Translations under genes and position numbers: made by a program
The notes under the pieces: model-generated
What the model was told of the DNA's origin: nothing
The model's database searches: none
The model's input: only the letters and a program-made list of their open reading frames with translations
Shown here: positions 38,299 through 52,467 of the stretch, piece by piece
Layout of the letters: the number at the start of each line of letters is the position of its first letter
Position numbering within the stretch: position 1 is the first letter of the stretch
NCBI GenBank assembly: GCA_951406725.2
Contig: OX597831.1
Span: 31,744,001 to 31,808,000, forward strand
From: Octopus vulgaris
Lineage: Eukaryota
Direction of reading: 5' to 3'
Length of the DNA stretch: 64,000 bases

Positions 38299-39096
38299 AC
38301 CCGTTGGGGCACGCGACTTTTTCTCCAATCAGTTATTTTAAGGAACAAACGAATCAGAAAACATAGATTCACATTATCGCTAAGAAAGTCTGCCAGTTGA
38401 CCTGTCTCAGACCAGCGCGACCCGACTGCTGTTCCACTTGAAGAATCATCAATGTATTTATTCTTTTATTATTTATTTTGTCTTCATTCGTTCATTTGTC
38501 TAGAATTTCAAACTAACCAGTTTGCTGTGAACAGTATTTAAAAAAAAAAAAAAAAAGCTAACCGACTAAATTTATATATATATATATATATATAATGTAC
38601 GTACGTTGAGTGTTGCTGTCGTCAAGATGATGGTATGGGAGTCAAAATGTAAAGCCAGGTTCTTCGAGATAAGAGCTGGGATTCCTTGTTAGTAGGTGTC
38701 ATTTTCCATCTGGTAAATAGTTGTCAAAACTTAACGACATTCAGATGAGTGAATGAAGAGAAAGTGAATGTGAGAGAAAGAGGGGGGGGGGGAGGGGGGC
38801 AGAGCAGAAACAGTTATGAGAGACGGAAAGATACTTGATAAGAGAACGGGGGAATAATGCGAATGGGTGATCTGAGTGAGAAGAGAAAAAGAGAAAAAGT
38901 GGGAGAGTGAGTGAGTGAGTGAGTGAGTGAGAGAGGGGGGGGAGAGAAATTGGAAAAATACTAAACAAACAGAGAGATTAGTGGGAGGGAGGGAGGGGGG
39001 AATAGTGAAGAAGTGTGAGAGACATAGACAGATAGGAGACAGAGAAAAGACGGAGAAAGGATCAATGAGATTTTTGGGGATCCCCATTTGTGTGTG

Positions 39097-39158
<62 letters not shown>

Positions 39159-40015
39159 CTTTTATATACCTAATTTATTTTGTTCTTTGCAATTATGCAT
39201 CTTACATAAAAAGTGTTTGAAACTCTCCATGAACATACATCACACTTGGGTTGTTATAAATACTTTGTTATAAATATATTTTTTATTGCTTACAAGAGTC
39301 CCCTTCGTTTTTTATTGGCTACGCCGGGCCAAGAATGTGTTTATTTTAATGAATTGGGTTGTTTGTTTACCTGACGCCTCATCGTCAAACCCGGCGACTC
39401 GAACTCGATGCAATGGCATTAATATAATCACGAATAGTTGTCAGTGCTAACTCTTCTCTGTAGAGTTAACTGGGAGAGAGAGAGAGTGGGGGGGGAGAGG
39501 TGAGAGGGATGTAGACAGGGCTAGGAAATGGACCCAGCATCACAACGCAAGCAATAACCTGTCAATCACAATGTTTCTACCGTCTTAGAGCCAGGTACAT
39601 TGAGATGCTGGGAAATGTCTTGACTATGGACTCAAAACATACATTGGCGACAGTACTGGATTAACCATTAAGCACAATAAGCACGTGCTTAGGGCATCAA
39701 AGGAATGGTGGAGGGCGCGAACAACAGAAATGGTAAATAGTTTACGGCACGAAAAAAAAAATCGCTTTAAACTTGTTAAAATAATATTCAGTATGTTTCA
39801 TCTCTACTAAGTAGAGAAGCAGGTGTGTCATGTAAGGTTAATTATGGAGATTTGATCAAAAACTTTGCAATTAAGAAAAAGTAGGGGCTAAGTTTTCAAA
39901 TATAAAGTAAAAATGAACATTACTTTCCATCTTTCTGTTAGTGTCTTATAATATGACCAAAGCATTGTGAGTGGATTTGGTAGACGGAAACTGAAAGAAG
40001 CCCGTCGTGTATATA

Positions 40016-40405
40016 TTCTTTTATTTTTTCAGTCATTTGACTGCGGCCATGCTGGAGCATCGCCTTTAGCCGAGCAAATCGACCCTAAGACTTATTCTTT
40101 GTAAGCCTAGTACTTATTCTATCGGTTTCTTTAGCCGAACCGCTAAGTTACGGAGACGTAAACACACCAGCATCGGTTGTCAAGCAATGGTAGGGGAACA
40201 CAGACACACAAACATATACTCACACACACACACACATATATACGATGGGCTTCTTTCAGTTTCCATCTACCAAATCCACTCACGAGGCTTTGGTTAGCCC
40301 AAGGCTATAGTAGAAGACACTTGCCCAAGGTGTCACGCAGTGGGACTGAACCCGGAACCATATGGTTCGGAAGCAAGCTACTTACCACACAGCCACTCCT
40401 GCGCC
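40016..40405 (-). mobile_element. SINE family B, full length
   Basis: Reverse complement of the family B sequence from ggcgcaggagtggctgtgtgg to ggccgcagtcaaatgactgaaa. Confidence 0.9.
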
Positions 40406-40526
40406 GTTTTGTTTCATTTTGAAAAATAAAAATCTATTTTATGATTTATTATTGTTTATATTTCGAATTCATCCCCGACCAAAAACTTGAGAGTGGATTT
40501 GCTAAACAGAATCTAAGACAAGCGTG

Positions 40527-40590
<64 letters not shown>

Positions 40591-40681
40591 TCAATATAGG
40601 GTGGCAAAAAATTTTGTAGAATTTTTTTGCCACCAGCGGCCTAGTGGGAAAAAATTAAATAGTCATAGACCATTTATAAGT

Positions 40682-41203
40682 TCAACATCACAATCAAGGA
40701 ACGGCCATAATAGGCCATTCACCCACTAGAAATAACAGCCAAAGCTTCAACCGCAAAATAACATTAATTCCGCAAACCAGGAGAAAATTAAAAAAACATT
40801 TACCCTGTAATTTCTTATACGATGCACCGTTTCATCTATTGTTTAATGGTAAACCAACCTGATTAAATTAAATCAAGCCAATCTTCCATAGGCCGATAGA
40901 TTCGTCAGTAAGAAAACAGCCAGATCGGAACAGAAGTGCCTCGTGAAAATATCTGTTCCGATCTGGCTGTTTTCTTACTGACGAATCTATCGGCCTATGG
41001 AAGATTGGCTTGATTTAATTTAATCAGGTTGGTTTACCATTAAACAATAGATGAAACGGTGCATCGTATAAGAAATTACAGGGTAAATGTTTTTTTAATT
41101 TTCTCCTGGTTTGCGGAATTAATGTTATTTTGCGGTTGAAGCTTTGGCTGTTATTTCTAGTGGGTGAATGGCCTATTATGGCCGTTCCTTTATTGTGATG
41201 TTG

Positions 41204-41204
<1 letters not shown>
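40682..41204. repeat. 253-bp near-perfect inverted repeat with 17-bp spacer
   Basis: Arms 40682-40934 and 40952-41204 (one mismatch noticed by eye), spacer agtgcctcgtgaaaata; the element lies between (TA)n tracts. Confidence 0.95.
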
Positions 41205-41260
<56 letters not shown>

Positions 41261-42545
41261 TGTGTGTGTATGTTTCATATCTATGTGTGCATCTTTGTGC
41301 TTGTCTCCTTTCACCACTTGACAAAATCTTTTAAATGCTTAGTGTCTGGACCTCTATGGTTCTTAATCCGGCTCTGGCTACAGATTATGAATCATCGACA
41401 ATTCAGTTGGTTATCCGGGATCCTATTAGCTATGCCACATTCATTCTCTATAATGTATCAAATACAGAAATACCTCGCAGTACGAGTTTCATTCGTTCCA
41501 TAACCGAGCTCGTTTTACGATTTACTCGTTTTACAAACATCACCACCTAGCACCTTGGGTGCCTTTGGTAGGGTTCACTGTGATGCAAGCAATTGGGACA
41601 GGTCCCTGGTTTGAGGATTTCTCCCTCCTTTCCACCGTTTGTTAATCGATAAGACAGATTGACAGACAGATGGACGGGTGGATAGATGGACAGGCGGACA
41701 GATGGACAGGCGGATAGATGGATACGCATGATAGGCTTCCACTCCGTCTCTGGCGAGCAAATTCGCTCACAAGGCATTGGTCAGCCCAGAGATGTCCAAG
41801 GTGCTGCGCAGTGGGGCTGAACTCAAAACGACGTGGTTGCAAAGTGAATTTCTAAACTATCGATAGTTCATGGCCAGCAGAGGCTGTCACGAGCGACCGA
41901 CAGGTGCACGTGTCTGCTTCTACAAAGCAGAATTCACACCATTAATTTTTACGATAGTCAACGATATTGCGTGCATCACCTGGAACTGGGTATATAAACA
42001 GAACTGTTTCAACACACAAGGCAGCGACTCAAGTGTTTAGCTTGTTTGAATTGCAGATCTTGAGATATACAGATAAACCAATGTCTGGGAATGAGAAATT
42101 AAATGCTTTCTCTATATATTCTCATATTCCATCACACACACACACACGTATTAATCCAAACCCTCCTACACACCAACTCACACCCACTCCGCCACACAGA
42201 AACATTGCCTGAAAAGCTATTTATTCTCAAAAATAATAATGAGCGCCAATAGATGGAACTCTGCTGTAAAGCTGGTAAGAACATTAAGCAGAAGATTTGG
42301 GCGTTGAAGTAGAATGAATGGGGAATGAAAACGGCGGGAAACTGTGCCAGAAAAACATAGGAATGTATATTGGAGGTCTTTGCATTTCAAGGCAATTGAT
42401 TTCAAACATTCAAAGTAAACACACACACCTTTACACACACACATCTTTATATACATATAAGTGTAGCTATGTATGGATATATAATATATGTATATTATCT
42501 ATGCACGTATACACACACATATCTATTTGATTACATATATTTACA

Positions 42546-42918
42546 GGCGCAGGCTTGGCTGTGTGGTAAGAAGCTTGCTTTCCAACCACATGGTTCCAGG
42601 TTCAGTCTCACTTGGGGCAAGTGTCTTCTACTATAGCCTCGTGCCGACCGAAGACTTGTGATTAGATATGGTAGACGGAAACTGAACGAAGCCCGTCGTG
42701 TATACATGTGTGTGTATGTGTTTGTCCCCCCACTTTCCATCGCTTGACAACCGATGTTGGTATGTCTACGACACCGTAACTTAACGGTTCGGCAAAAGAG
42801 ACCGACCAAATAAGGACTAGGTTTACAAAGAATAAGTCGTGGGGTCGATTTGTTCGATTAAGGGCGGTACTCCAGCACGGCCGCAGTCAAATGACTGAAA
42901 CAAGTAAAAATTAAAAGA
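42546..42918 (+). mobile_element. SINE family B, full length
   Basis: Matches 51629-52018. Confidence 0.88.
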
Positions 42919-43029
42919 ATATATACAATTTGGATATATACACATACATATATTAATGTATGTGTGCATGTATGTGTGTGTATTTATTCATACACACACA
43001 CGCACACATACATATACAATTACAATTGA

Positions 43030-43071
<42 letters not shown>

Positions 43072-43089
43072 GCCCATTTGAATAAATAT

Positions 43090-43243
43090 CTATAATTGTA
43101 TTGTAAGCATCCGTCGGTCTCAAGTGACCATGGATTTGCGCCCGGAGAAATTGTATCAGTTGCGGATGGTGGTGCAGCGTCTGGTGAGGCCCACCCGGGA
43201 GTGGCAGTCACGCATACAGCGACTGCATGTGAAGGACACTGGC
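43090..43243 (-). mobile_element. RTE-clade LINE extreme 3' end
   Basis: Minus strand encodes FTCSRCMRDCHSRVGLTRRCTT, resembling the RTE-BovB-type C-terminal CxxC/SRxGL motif, followed by gcaaatccatggtcacttgagaccgacggatg and a short tacaa tail. Confidence 0.7.
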
Positions 43244-44194
43244 ATATATACACACATATATACATACATTTTATATAAATAATTATTATGAATATATTTG
43301 ACTTCCAAGGCAGTCAAATATTTATAATAACAATTGTGTGCGAATATTCCAGTGTCCGTCTGTATGTTTATGTTGGTAAAAAAAGAAAGAAAACGCTGCT
43401 GTTTATATTGTGTCTCTTTACACTCCGCAACTTAGCTATTCGACAAATAAAGAACAATAATATAAGTCGCAGACTGAATCCTGAAAGAACTGACCTCAAC
43501 ATATTTGCATTCATAGGACTGATTCATATACACGCGTGCACGCACACACCCATCACTAGCCCCAAGTATATTCATATACCCCCCAGACACACACATATGG
43601 AGTGTGAATTAGCAGAGTCGTTAAAGCGGTGGACAGGGTGCCTTACGGTATTTATTCCAGGACCTTGCATCAAATGATGCAGACTTTAACTATTATACAT
43701 ATAATAAATACCGCACTGACTACTCGTAAGAGATCGAATCCTATTCACGTCAAATTTGACTTTCATCCTTTCGAGGTTCGATAAATATGGTAATAATCCA
43801 GGGCAGTGGATTGCTGGGATTCTTAGAGTCAGATGTGATGCTTTACAGGGACTGTTCCGGCTCTTTGCGTTCTCAGTTCGAACTTCCCACGACTCTATAA
43901 TCCTAACAAATGCGTTATTTGTGTTAACATATTTGTTCCATGTATTTTAAAACACAGCGGCCTATGTCTTCCAAATGCGTTAACATTAAGCCCTGTGTCA
44001 AACAAGAGAAACTACACACACCGAAATTAATGTGGTGTCAAAAAATATAAAACATAAAAGAGTGGTAGCTTTGATAAGCATACACCAATGGTAGTAATAT
44101 TAATAGAAATACAGTTAATGTTTAAAAAATATACATAAAATTTAATAACAGATAATTATATGTTGGGGAAAAGACAACAGGTCAATAATCGAAT

Positions 44195-45078
44195 CAGTAA
44201 TCCATCGACTATCGCGGGTGTTATGTTCCAAAACCCTCCGCAATAGGTGATAATCCGTTAAGTAGAAACAACACTGTATATTTTTTAAAATTATTTTTAT
44301 AATTTGTATATAGTTATCTCTCTCTATATAAACGGCAGTTTGTCTGTGCGTGTTTCTGTGTGTCTGTTTGCTTGTACCCTCACCCTGACCACGGCTTTCA
44401 ACCGATTCTGATGAAACTTGACACACACATAGCCCAATGTCATAATTCAAAACTAACGCAGCGAAAATTTTGAAAAGTTCCCCCAGTTCTGAAAAAAATC
44501 GATAAATTCGACATGGGGTCGAGAATCAGAAACACAAACCGCAAACTATCTAGGGGACGCAACTCCACCTTTTTTAACTAAAAAAAAAATTTACCATAAT
44601 TTTTTCCCATTTTTTTGCTATTTTTTGGCTATAACTCTCTAAAAATGCTTTATAGTTATTTCCCTTACAAACCTGAGCAACGCCGGGCGATACTGCTAGT
44701 TTTATTATAAATGCAAAACAACACCACACACTCGCCTCCCGAGTTTCGTTTTCCATACAGTATGTGCAATTCTTTGTGTACTCATCTATGGAACTCTACA
44801 TATTTTCTTTTAATATATTTTAATTAATATATTTTAATTAATGTGTTATACAGCACAGTGCTGTACTCTATTTTTATTAATTTTTTAACTTTTAGGTGTG
44901 AAAATGCTTATTTTACCACATAAATAATTAAAATCTAAAAAAATATAAATAACTATCGGCCGCAGAAACCCGCGGTGGACTGAGGAGTCCGCGATATAAA
45001 TTTACATATATTAGCCAGAAAATTCCGCAATGTACTGAGGCCGCGATAGGTGAATCACGATATGGTTAGGGATTACTG
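44195..45078. mobile_element. Tigger/pogo-type MITE interrupted by a Helitron
   Basis: Ends cagtaatcc... / ...ggattactg-ta, with internal cgcgataggtgaa motifs. Confidence 0.65.
44317..44699 (+). mobile_element. Non-autonomous Helitron
   Basis: 5' TC, 3' hairpin-like cctgagcaacgccggg followed by CTAG, inserted between host A and T, no TSD; near-identical copy at 61371-61745. Confidence 0.85.
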
Positions 45079-46571
45079 TATTCCTTGAATAGTTGACAAA
45101 GGACAGGAGAAAGCACTACAAGTTTGGGTCTTATTAGACCCCTACAGTAAAGCATAGAGTTCGCCGTACTTGCAAAAGTAATGTCAATCGAATCACTAGG
45201 GAATTGTATAATGTTGTGCGCTTGAGCATTTTTGTGTCTGTTTACAAGTAGATTTTTATTTTACGTTCACCTAAAATATCGATTTTGAAGAATGACATTT
45301 TTAAATGTTATTCCACCTAAAAAATAAACTATGAGAAAACATTTTTGGAACTCGTACATCACATATGAGAAACATCAGATCATATCCAGAGCCGTTTTAT
45401 TCAGAGCCAGCATACATTTGCTTTGCTCATGCGCTCACAATAACTGCAGTTATTTCATCGTCACGAAACCCATTCTTAAATATTTATACCGGCGAATCAG
45501 AACAGTGTCGCTTGTGGGATGTGAACACTGGATGCCTCCGTTGTTAAACCGTCAATCAGTCAGCTTTACCGGTTACATACGACATTAGAGAAGTTATGGG
45601 CCAAGTTTTATAGGCTGGTTCCATGTAGCTTCATTATTATCCAACTTATTATAATTAGCGTTACCAATAAATGAAACCACAAAAGGTGGACACTGCGAAC
45701 TCATACACACACACGCACATGCACACACACACACACGCAGACACACCTGTTTTACTATGGACTATGGTCATGTTGGGGCATAGCCTTGAAGGATTAAGTT
45801 TGGTACTTGTTTTATAGGTCGCTTTTGCTGAACAACTAAGTTATAGGGACGTAAACAAACCAACACCGGTTGTAAAGTGGTGGATACACACGCACACACA
45901 TATGACGAAGTTCAACACAGTCTTTCCGTTTACCAAATCACTCAGAAAGCTTTAGTCGGTCCAGCTGTAGAATAGAAGACAATTTGTCCAAGGTGTCGCG
46001 AAACCCTGTCGTTGCAAGTCTTCCTCCACACACACACAGAGGCATATGTCTTATAGACAACTTGAACTGTTGGACATTCCCTTTATCGGCTGTTGGCTGC
46101 ATATTTTGGCATCTTGAAAGTCCACGTACGATACTGAATACTGACCAACGTAAAGAGATATCGTAGCAACAACGCTTCTTTCTTTTACCGGTAACATCAT
46201 TATACCATCATCTTCAATTTGGATTAACAACTTCCCTGTCACAACTCTGGCACTGATTTCATCCAATCACTGATGCTTATTGTACCACATGACTCAGTAA
46301 CAATCATTTTCCTATATGAATTCATTTATCTTATGACTCTCGGATGTTATGTACAATGTGCAGTCTTTTCGAATTTCTTGTTTGGATTCGTTGTGGTCAA
46401 CATAATCTGCATAACGTAATTTAAAGACTCGATAAATAGATTAGTTGTATTCTTTATCTCTCTCATATCTCGAGAACTTTCACCTCCGTTTATTCGTTTA
46501 CGTCGAAAATTCAAACACGAAGAAGACAAAACTAGTCTTAAAAGAGTCGTTATTTTAATAACTAAATAGGT

Positions 46572-47199
46572 TTGTTAGTTAGTTAGTTAATTTTTTGGCT
46601 CAAAAAGCAAAAAAGCAAGGCCATGTAGGGGGACATGGAGTTATGTACAGGGTGGTGTTCATGTAAAGAATTCAGGTCACTTGTGGTCAAGGGAGACTTT
46701 GAACCGAGCGGTCGTCGGCATCTTCACCATCTCGTCCGGCAGCTTATTCCACGGACCCGCAACCCGGACGGAGAAAGCCCCTCTCCTTCGATTGAGATGA
46801 AATCGTCGCAGATAGAGCTTTTCGGAATGACCCCGCAGCCGACGCTCTGGAGCAGGAGTGAAGAACAGCTCCTTCGAGAGGTTACACTTTCCGCTTATGA
46901 TGTTGTGAGCAAGAATGAGATCACCACGGCGTCGTCGTTTTTCTAGAGAATAAAGGTCGAGCGTCTTCAGCCTTTCTTCATAAGACAAATTCTTGAAACC
47001 AAGAACCATGCGGATAGCCAGCTTCTGAACTCTTTCGAGATGCTGTATGTCTTTGAGGAGATAAGGAGAAGAGGCTTGAATCCCGTACTCCAATATGGGT
47101 CTCACCAGTGTGACATAGAGCGGTAGGAATATGGCTGCTGTGAGCATTCCGAATGACCGTCGAATCAAGAACAGAACTCCGCGTGCTTTGTTGGCAGCA
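46572..47199 (-). mobile_element. CR1-type LINE, 5'-truncated, ORF2 C-terminus plus 3' UTR and (TAAC)n tail
   Basis: ORF 46677-47168: LYVTLVRPILEY...LERVQKLA.RM...LSYEERLK.LDLYSLEKRR.RGDLI...LRGH..KL...FSVRV...WNKLP; tail at 46572-46589. Confidence 0.9.
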
Positions 47200-47765
47200 T
47201 GAGTGTGTTTTAATACTAATCAGAGACGCCCCCACAAAATCCTGGATTGACCCGGCTCCCAAATTATGCCCACATGCCCTATTAACTCAGGTCATGTTCA
47301 CCAATCTCACCCACCTTTCAATAAATTTACTAGATGGTATCTTCAAATGGTATTTGTAAAAGTTAGCGAGGACATGACGTACAGCCGCTGCTGAGTGCAT
47401 CCAAACTTATCTAATACTTTACCGCTTACACAATGACCACCAAACAAAGAAATTGCTTGTCCTCTTTGCCAAAAGGAAGTCGGAAATGTTATGTTCTCAA
47501 TTGACTCATCTGACAACCAGATCCATTCTGCTCACACACAAACAACAATTGCTCAACATAACTCCACTAGTTCCTAATCGTTAAACATTGAATGAAGGCA
47601 TGGAGGATGGTTTTCTCGTACTTCACACTTTCGACAGATCCAACTCTTGGAATTACTGTGCATGTAGAACTTGTTCCGAACTAGCAAAACCTCCGCTAAA
47701 AATGTTAGACCAAATTTCTTTGAAAGTTGTTCAAAGCTTCAGAGTTGAAAAATCTCTGAAAGATA

Positions 47766-48000
47766 CCCATTTCTTTACTACCCACAAGGGGCTAAACACA
47801 GAGGGGACAAATAAGGACAGACAAACGGATTAAGTCGATTACATCGATCCCAGTGCGTAACTGGTACTTATTTAATCGACCCCGAAAGGATGAAAGGCAA
47901 AGTCGACCTCGGCGGAATTTGAACTCAGTACGTAACGGCAGACGAAATACGGCTACGCATTTCGCTCGGCGTGCTAACGACTCTGCCAGCTCGCCGCCTT
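47766..48000 (-). mobile_element. SINE family A monomer with perfect 16-bp TSD
   Basis: aaatctctgaaagata at 47750-47765 and 48001-48016. Confidence 0.95.
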
Positions 48001-50329
48001 AAATCTCTGAAAGATACTGCTCGGTTGGTCACCATCGATCCTTAAATTATCGCCATCCGTGTCAGTCATTAGTCTTCTACATAATGCAAGGATTGATATT
48101 TCAATAATCAAAATGCCTGGTTAGTAGAGGACGATAAATACTGACAAGATTCCATGTGCCAGAGAGTCAACCAGAGAGCCAACCAGAGAGCCAAGCTTGG
48201 TCGACGTTTGACACAAACCTGCGACTCTGTCAAAGAGACGGCAGCGAAAGATGTGCCGCACATAAAAAGTGTTTACACCTATCACTAACTTGGAAACATC
48301 CTCCATCCCATGCATGTACATCATTTAGCCATGACATCCCTAACTCTTGAAACAGAATGTCAGCAGCAAATGGAACTTCTGATCGGTGAAACCTGTCTCT
48401 TTCGCAAGATGGTCAGATTTGATATGAAGCAAGGCACAACAGCCATACAGTAATATACTACGGAGGTAATGTAGGCAACCTACATCAACATTTGACCTTT
48501 CAGAAATAGCTTCCTCTCAGGTAATTTCTGGTTGAAATTATCTTCCCACTTCATTGAGAGTCGCCAAAAAAATTTCCGCTAGGTTTTGTTTTTCCTTTCT
48601 CCGCTTAAAAGGGGACTATTAAACGAAAGACCTTTGCTGACGTTAAAATACACTTCGTCACTCCCTAACTTATTTGTATTAAATCATGGCAACTAAGGCT
48701 TCTGATTGGCTAAAATTACACAATTTTAAATGCTAGTAACTTTTTTTCAATATTACTTTCAAGAAACAAAAAAAGAAAACAAAACAAAATGAAAAGGATT
48801 TCATTATCAACACCTATAATTACAGCAGGGTAGAAACTGTAATAAAAAGATGGCGAATATTTTGAAATACTTCAAATACTTAACAATCTTACTCCCAGAG
48901 CTTGGTTTAAATTAATTAAACTATCACGTTATCTACAATTAACAATGTCTATCCTCTTGAAAACCCTCCCCCTTCTCAACCACTTACTACAAGCATTTCT
49001 ATTATTGCTGGGAAAAAACCGTCAGGTGGCATTGATTGCGGACTCTTTAATAATACAAATGATCCCGGAGTAATTTGGGTGAGAACGGGAAATTCAGATA
49101 CTTTTGTTCAAGTTATTTGGTTGTTTTCAAGTAGTAGTGGTGGTAGTGGTGGTAGCGGTGATAGTAGCATAAGTACTAGCAACAGCAGTAGTAGTGGTGG
49201 TAGTGGTGATAGTAGTAGTAATAGTGGTTGTGGTGGTGGTAGTAGTAGTAGTAATAGCGTAGCAGCAACAGCAGTGGTAGTGGTGTAGTGGTGGTGGTGG
49301 TTTGGTGGTGGTGGTGTAGTGCTGTTGGTGGAAGTAGCAGGGGTATGATGAAGGACGTCCCACCCCTGGAGGTGCCTATCTATTACTTAGCCATAATGTA
49401 CATGAGACTATATATTAGCCATCGTTTGCCAATCAACCTTCTCTTTAAGATGGTCAAATATGATTTTAATGAGATTTGACACTTTCTTTCTAGCAAGTCG
49501 AGCGACTACAACAGTGTTCATTCATTCGTTGTTGTTCATGACAATTTAACATATTAATTAATTCGAAATTCAACAAATAGGATGGTTGCCTTTAAGACCC
49601 AGATTTCAGGTCACTTATTTGTTGGAGTTGGGGAACAGTCTATGTTCGATTTTTATCAAAATCGGTACTTGATTACATCTACCAAGAATGACTCCCTTCC
49701 CGAGGTTTCTAGACAATCCTCTTCTGCCAAATTTCACTCACAAAACCATGGTCCACTCGAAGTTATAGTAAAAGATGTTGGCTCAAGGTGTCTGAAGCCA
49801 GAAATCTGTAAAGCGAATTTCTTAGCGACACACATAAGCCCACGCCTATAGATCTAGAATAGAGAAACCTTCTCTGTATGATATCACTACACCGACCATC
49901 CCTGCATGCAACAATTTCTAATTTTATATACACCAGGGTAACTGTTGGGTCAAGAATAACCATTCTCTGTACATGTTTGCGCAGGTATGGGTTGGGGTGG
50001 GGAAGACTGACACTTGCCCACATGCAAGTCTCCCTTCTCCATGTCACTGGTGTTTATCCAAGATAAAAGACACTGATTTTGGAATGGTACAGCTTGGCAC
50101 CAGTGTTGTCGCAGACATTGCAATCAGAATGCAACGAGCTAGATCAGATACTCGGAACTAATATATTTCTATCGATCCCCAAAGGTAGGTTTATTACTGC
50201 TTCCACTACTATTTGGAAACAACCAATAGCTAGAACAAGAAGATATGAATTGCTGTCACCTGAGAAGCCCATTTGAACCAAGAATACAAAGTAACTCCGA
50301 AATTGTTGTAGTATTAAGAGATTCCATAC

Positions 50330-50530
50330 GGCGGTGAGCTGGCAGAATCGTTACCGAACAAAATGCTTAGCGGCATTTCTTTCGGCTTTTAACGTTCGGA
50401 GTTCAAATTCCGCCGAGGTCAACTTTGTCTTTCGTCCTTTCGGGGTCAGTAAAATAAGTACCAGTTGAGCAATCGACTTAATCCCTTCCCTAAAATTGCT
50501 AGCCTTGTGCCAAAATTTGAAGCCAGTATT
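50330..50530 (+). mobile_element. SINE family A variant (alternative 3' tail)
   Basis: ggcggtgagctggcagaatcgtta...gagttcaaattccgccgagg...gccttgtgccaaaatttgaa. Confidence 0.75.
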
Positions 50531-50579
50531 AAAAGAGTTCACAATTGATTCCACCTGATTGTATCAGAGCAGCAGTAGC

Positions 50580-50653
<74 letters not shown>

Positions 50654-51368
50654 TAGTAGATAACAAATCCAGAACAAATGCAGCAAGATAATTTTGTCTG
50701 GTGCTCTACTAAAGAACATTCCTTCACTACCCAGTCACAACTGTTTGGGGTGTATTTACAGCTCCACAGACTGAGCCAAGAGCTGGGTGAGTGTCAATGG
50801 TTGGCGACATAGCATAGCGCTACATCCGGATATATAGCATAACGCTAGCGAAAAGACAAAATGACGAACCTATGAAAGCAAGAACCAACATCCCAACGTA
50901 CAAACCGATTGTGACAATCACTGAGATTAAACAGAGACACACATACATAAGCACTTATAAACGAAGACAGGCTAAGACACAAACAAAAACGCATTCTCAT
51001 ACATACAATCACACATAAAGTGACTGTCCTACATGTCACTGACAGCGACGGCCTATCTACAAATGTGGCGCCATCTTTCATACAAAATCAGATTAAACCG
51101 GAAGCTGGTATCTTTCTTAAACAAAGGCTTGGGTGAGATCCAATGTATTTGAAAAGTAGATTTTTATGCGACAAAGTTAAATGGATAAACAGATAAAAGG
51201 ATTAACTTATTCCAGCGGAAAAATATACTCGAGATGAAGATGTCTGCTAATGCTTACAAACAAACAAACAAACAAACAAACACAGAGACACACACACACA
51301 CACAAACACACTCACACACACACACACACACACACAACGTTATGCACATATGTATGTATGTATGTATG

Positions 51369-51404
<36 letters not shown>

Positions 51405-51407
<3 letters not shown>

Positions 51408-51590
51408 GGAGAATTTACAACAAAACAAACAAACAAAAGACGAAGACGTGGTGTAGACAACAAACAGATGTATTAGTATAACGCTCGGGAAGTGAAGAAG
51501 CCTTTAACGTTTCGAGCCTACGCTCTTCCACAGAAAGGAACACAGAAAGAAACAAGGAGAGAAAATAAGAATATGTAGTGGCTATACACG
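51405..51590 (-). mobile_element. PLE pseudo-LTR-like short repeat with hammerhead-like motif
   Basis: Reverse copy of 56310-56495; CTGTGGAaGAGC-gtag-GCTC-GAAACGTT at 51506-51533; flanked by microsatellites. Confidence 0.65.
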
Positions 51591-51628
51591 CACGCACGCA
51601 CACACACACACACACACACACATATATA

Positions 51629-52018
51629 GGCGCAGGAGTGGCTGTGTGGTAAGTAGCTTGCTTACCAACCACATTGTTCCGGGTTCAGTCCCACTGCGTG
51701 GCACCTTGGGCAAGTGTCTTCTACTATAGCCTCGGGCCGACCAAAGCCTTGTGAGTGGATTTGGTAGACGGAAACCGAAAGAAGCCCGTCATATATATGT
51801 ATATATCTATATATGTGTGTTTGCGTGTATGTTTGTGTGTCTGTGTTTGTCCCCCTAGCATTGCTTGACAACCGATGCTGGTGTGTTTATGTCCTCGTCA
51901 CTTAGCGGTTCGGCAAATGAGACCGATAGAATAAGTACTGGGCTTACAAAGAATAAGTCCCGGGGTCGAGTTGCTCGATTAAAGGCGGTGCTCCAGTAAA
52001 AGAGAAAAGAGTAAAGAG
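51629..52018 (+). mobile_element. SINE family B, near full length (tRNA head, CORE-like gcaccttgggcaagt, internal microsatellite)
   Basis: A box tggctgtgtgg, B box gggttcagtccc; more than 10 related copies in the window. Confidence 0.9.
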
Positions 52019-52037
52019 TATATATATATATATATAT

Positions 52038-52068
<31 letters not shown>

Positions 52069-52098
52069 CATACATACATACATACATACATACATACA

Positions 52099-52134
<36 letters not shown>

Positions 52135-52467
52135 TTTTTTTCTTTTAGAGCATTATCATTTTATAAGATTTTGCTGGCAAATTCTTAAATTAACAAAAAC
52201 ATTTAATTACACGAAAGAAAATTAATGGAGAATTTTCTTCTAATTCTTCCAAAGCTTTCTGTTAAAACTGTTTTGAAACCATTTGTGGGGATTTTTTTTT
52301 ATTACAGGAACTGGTCGCATACTACAAGGATTAATAGAACCTAGTGAAGCAAGCCACCATGCTCACAGCATTACCACGAGCGATGGCGAGGTTAAGCCAA
52401 GCACCCTCACGTGCATCGCCTGACACTTCTGTGAGACGAACTGCCAACGTTGACAAGGATATGTATA

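Noticed and set aside
40598-40640. Hammerhead in the ggtggcaaaaaa...ttttttgccacc hairpin
   Set aside because: A real 12-bp hairpin, but it lacks the CTGANGA and GAAA boxes.
47200-48500. Host exon or retroelement ORF1 (CPLCQKE motif)
   Set aside because: Stops in all frames and no recognisable domain.
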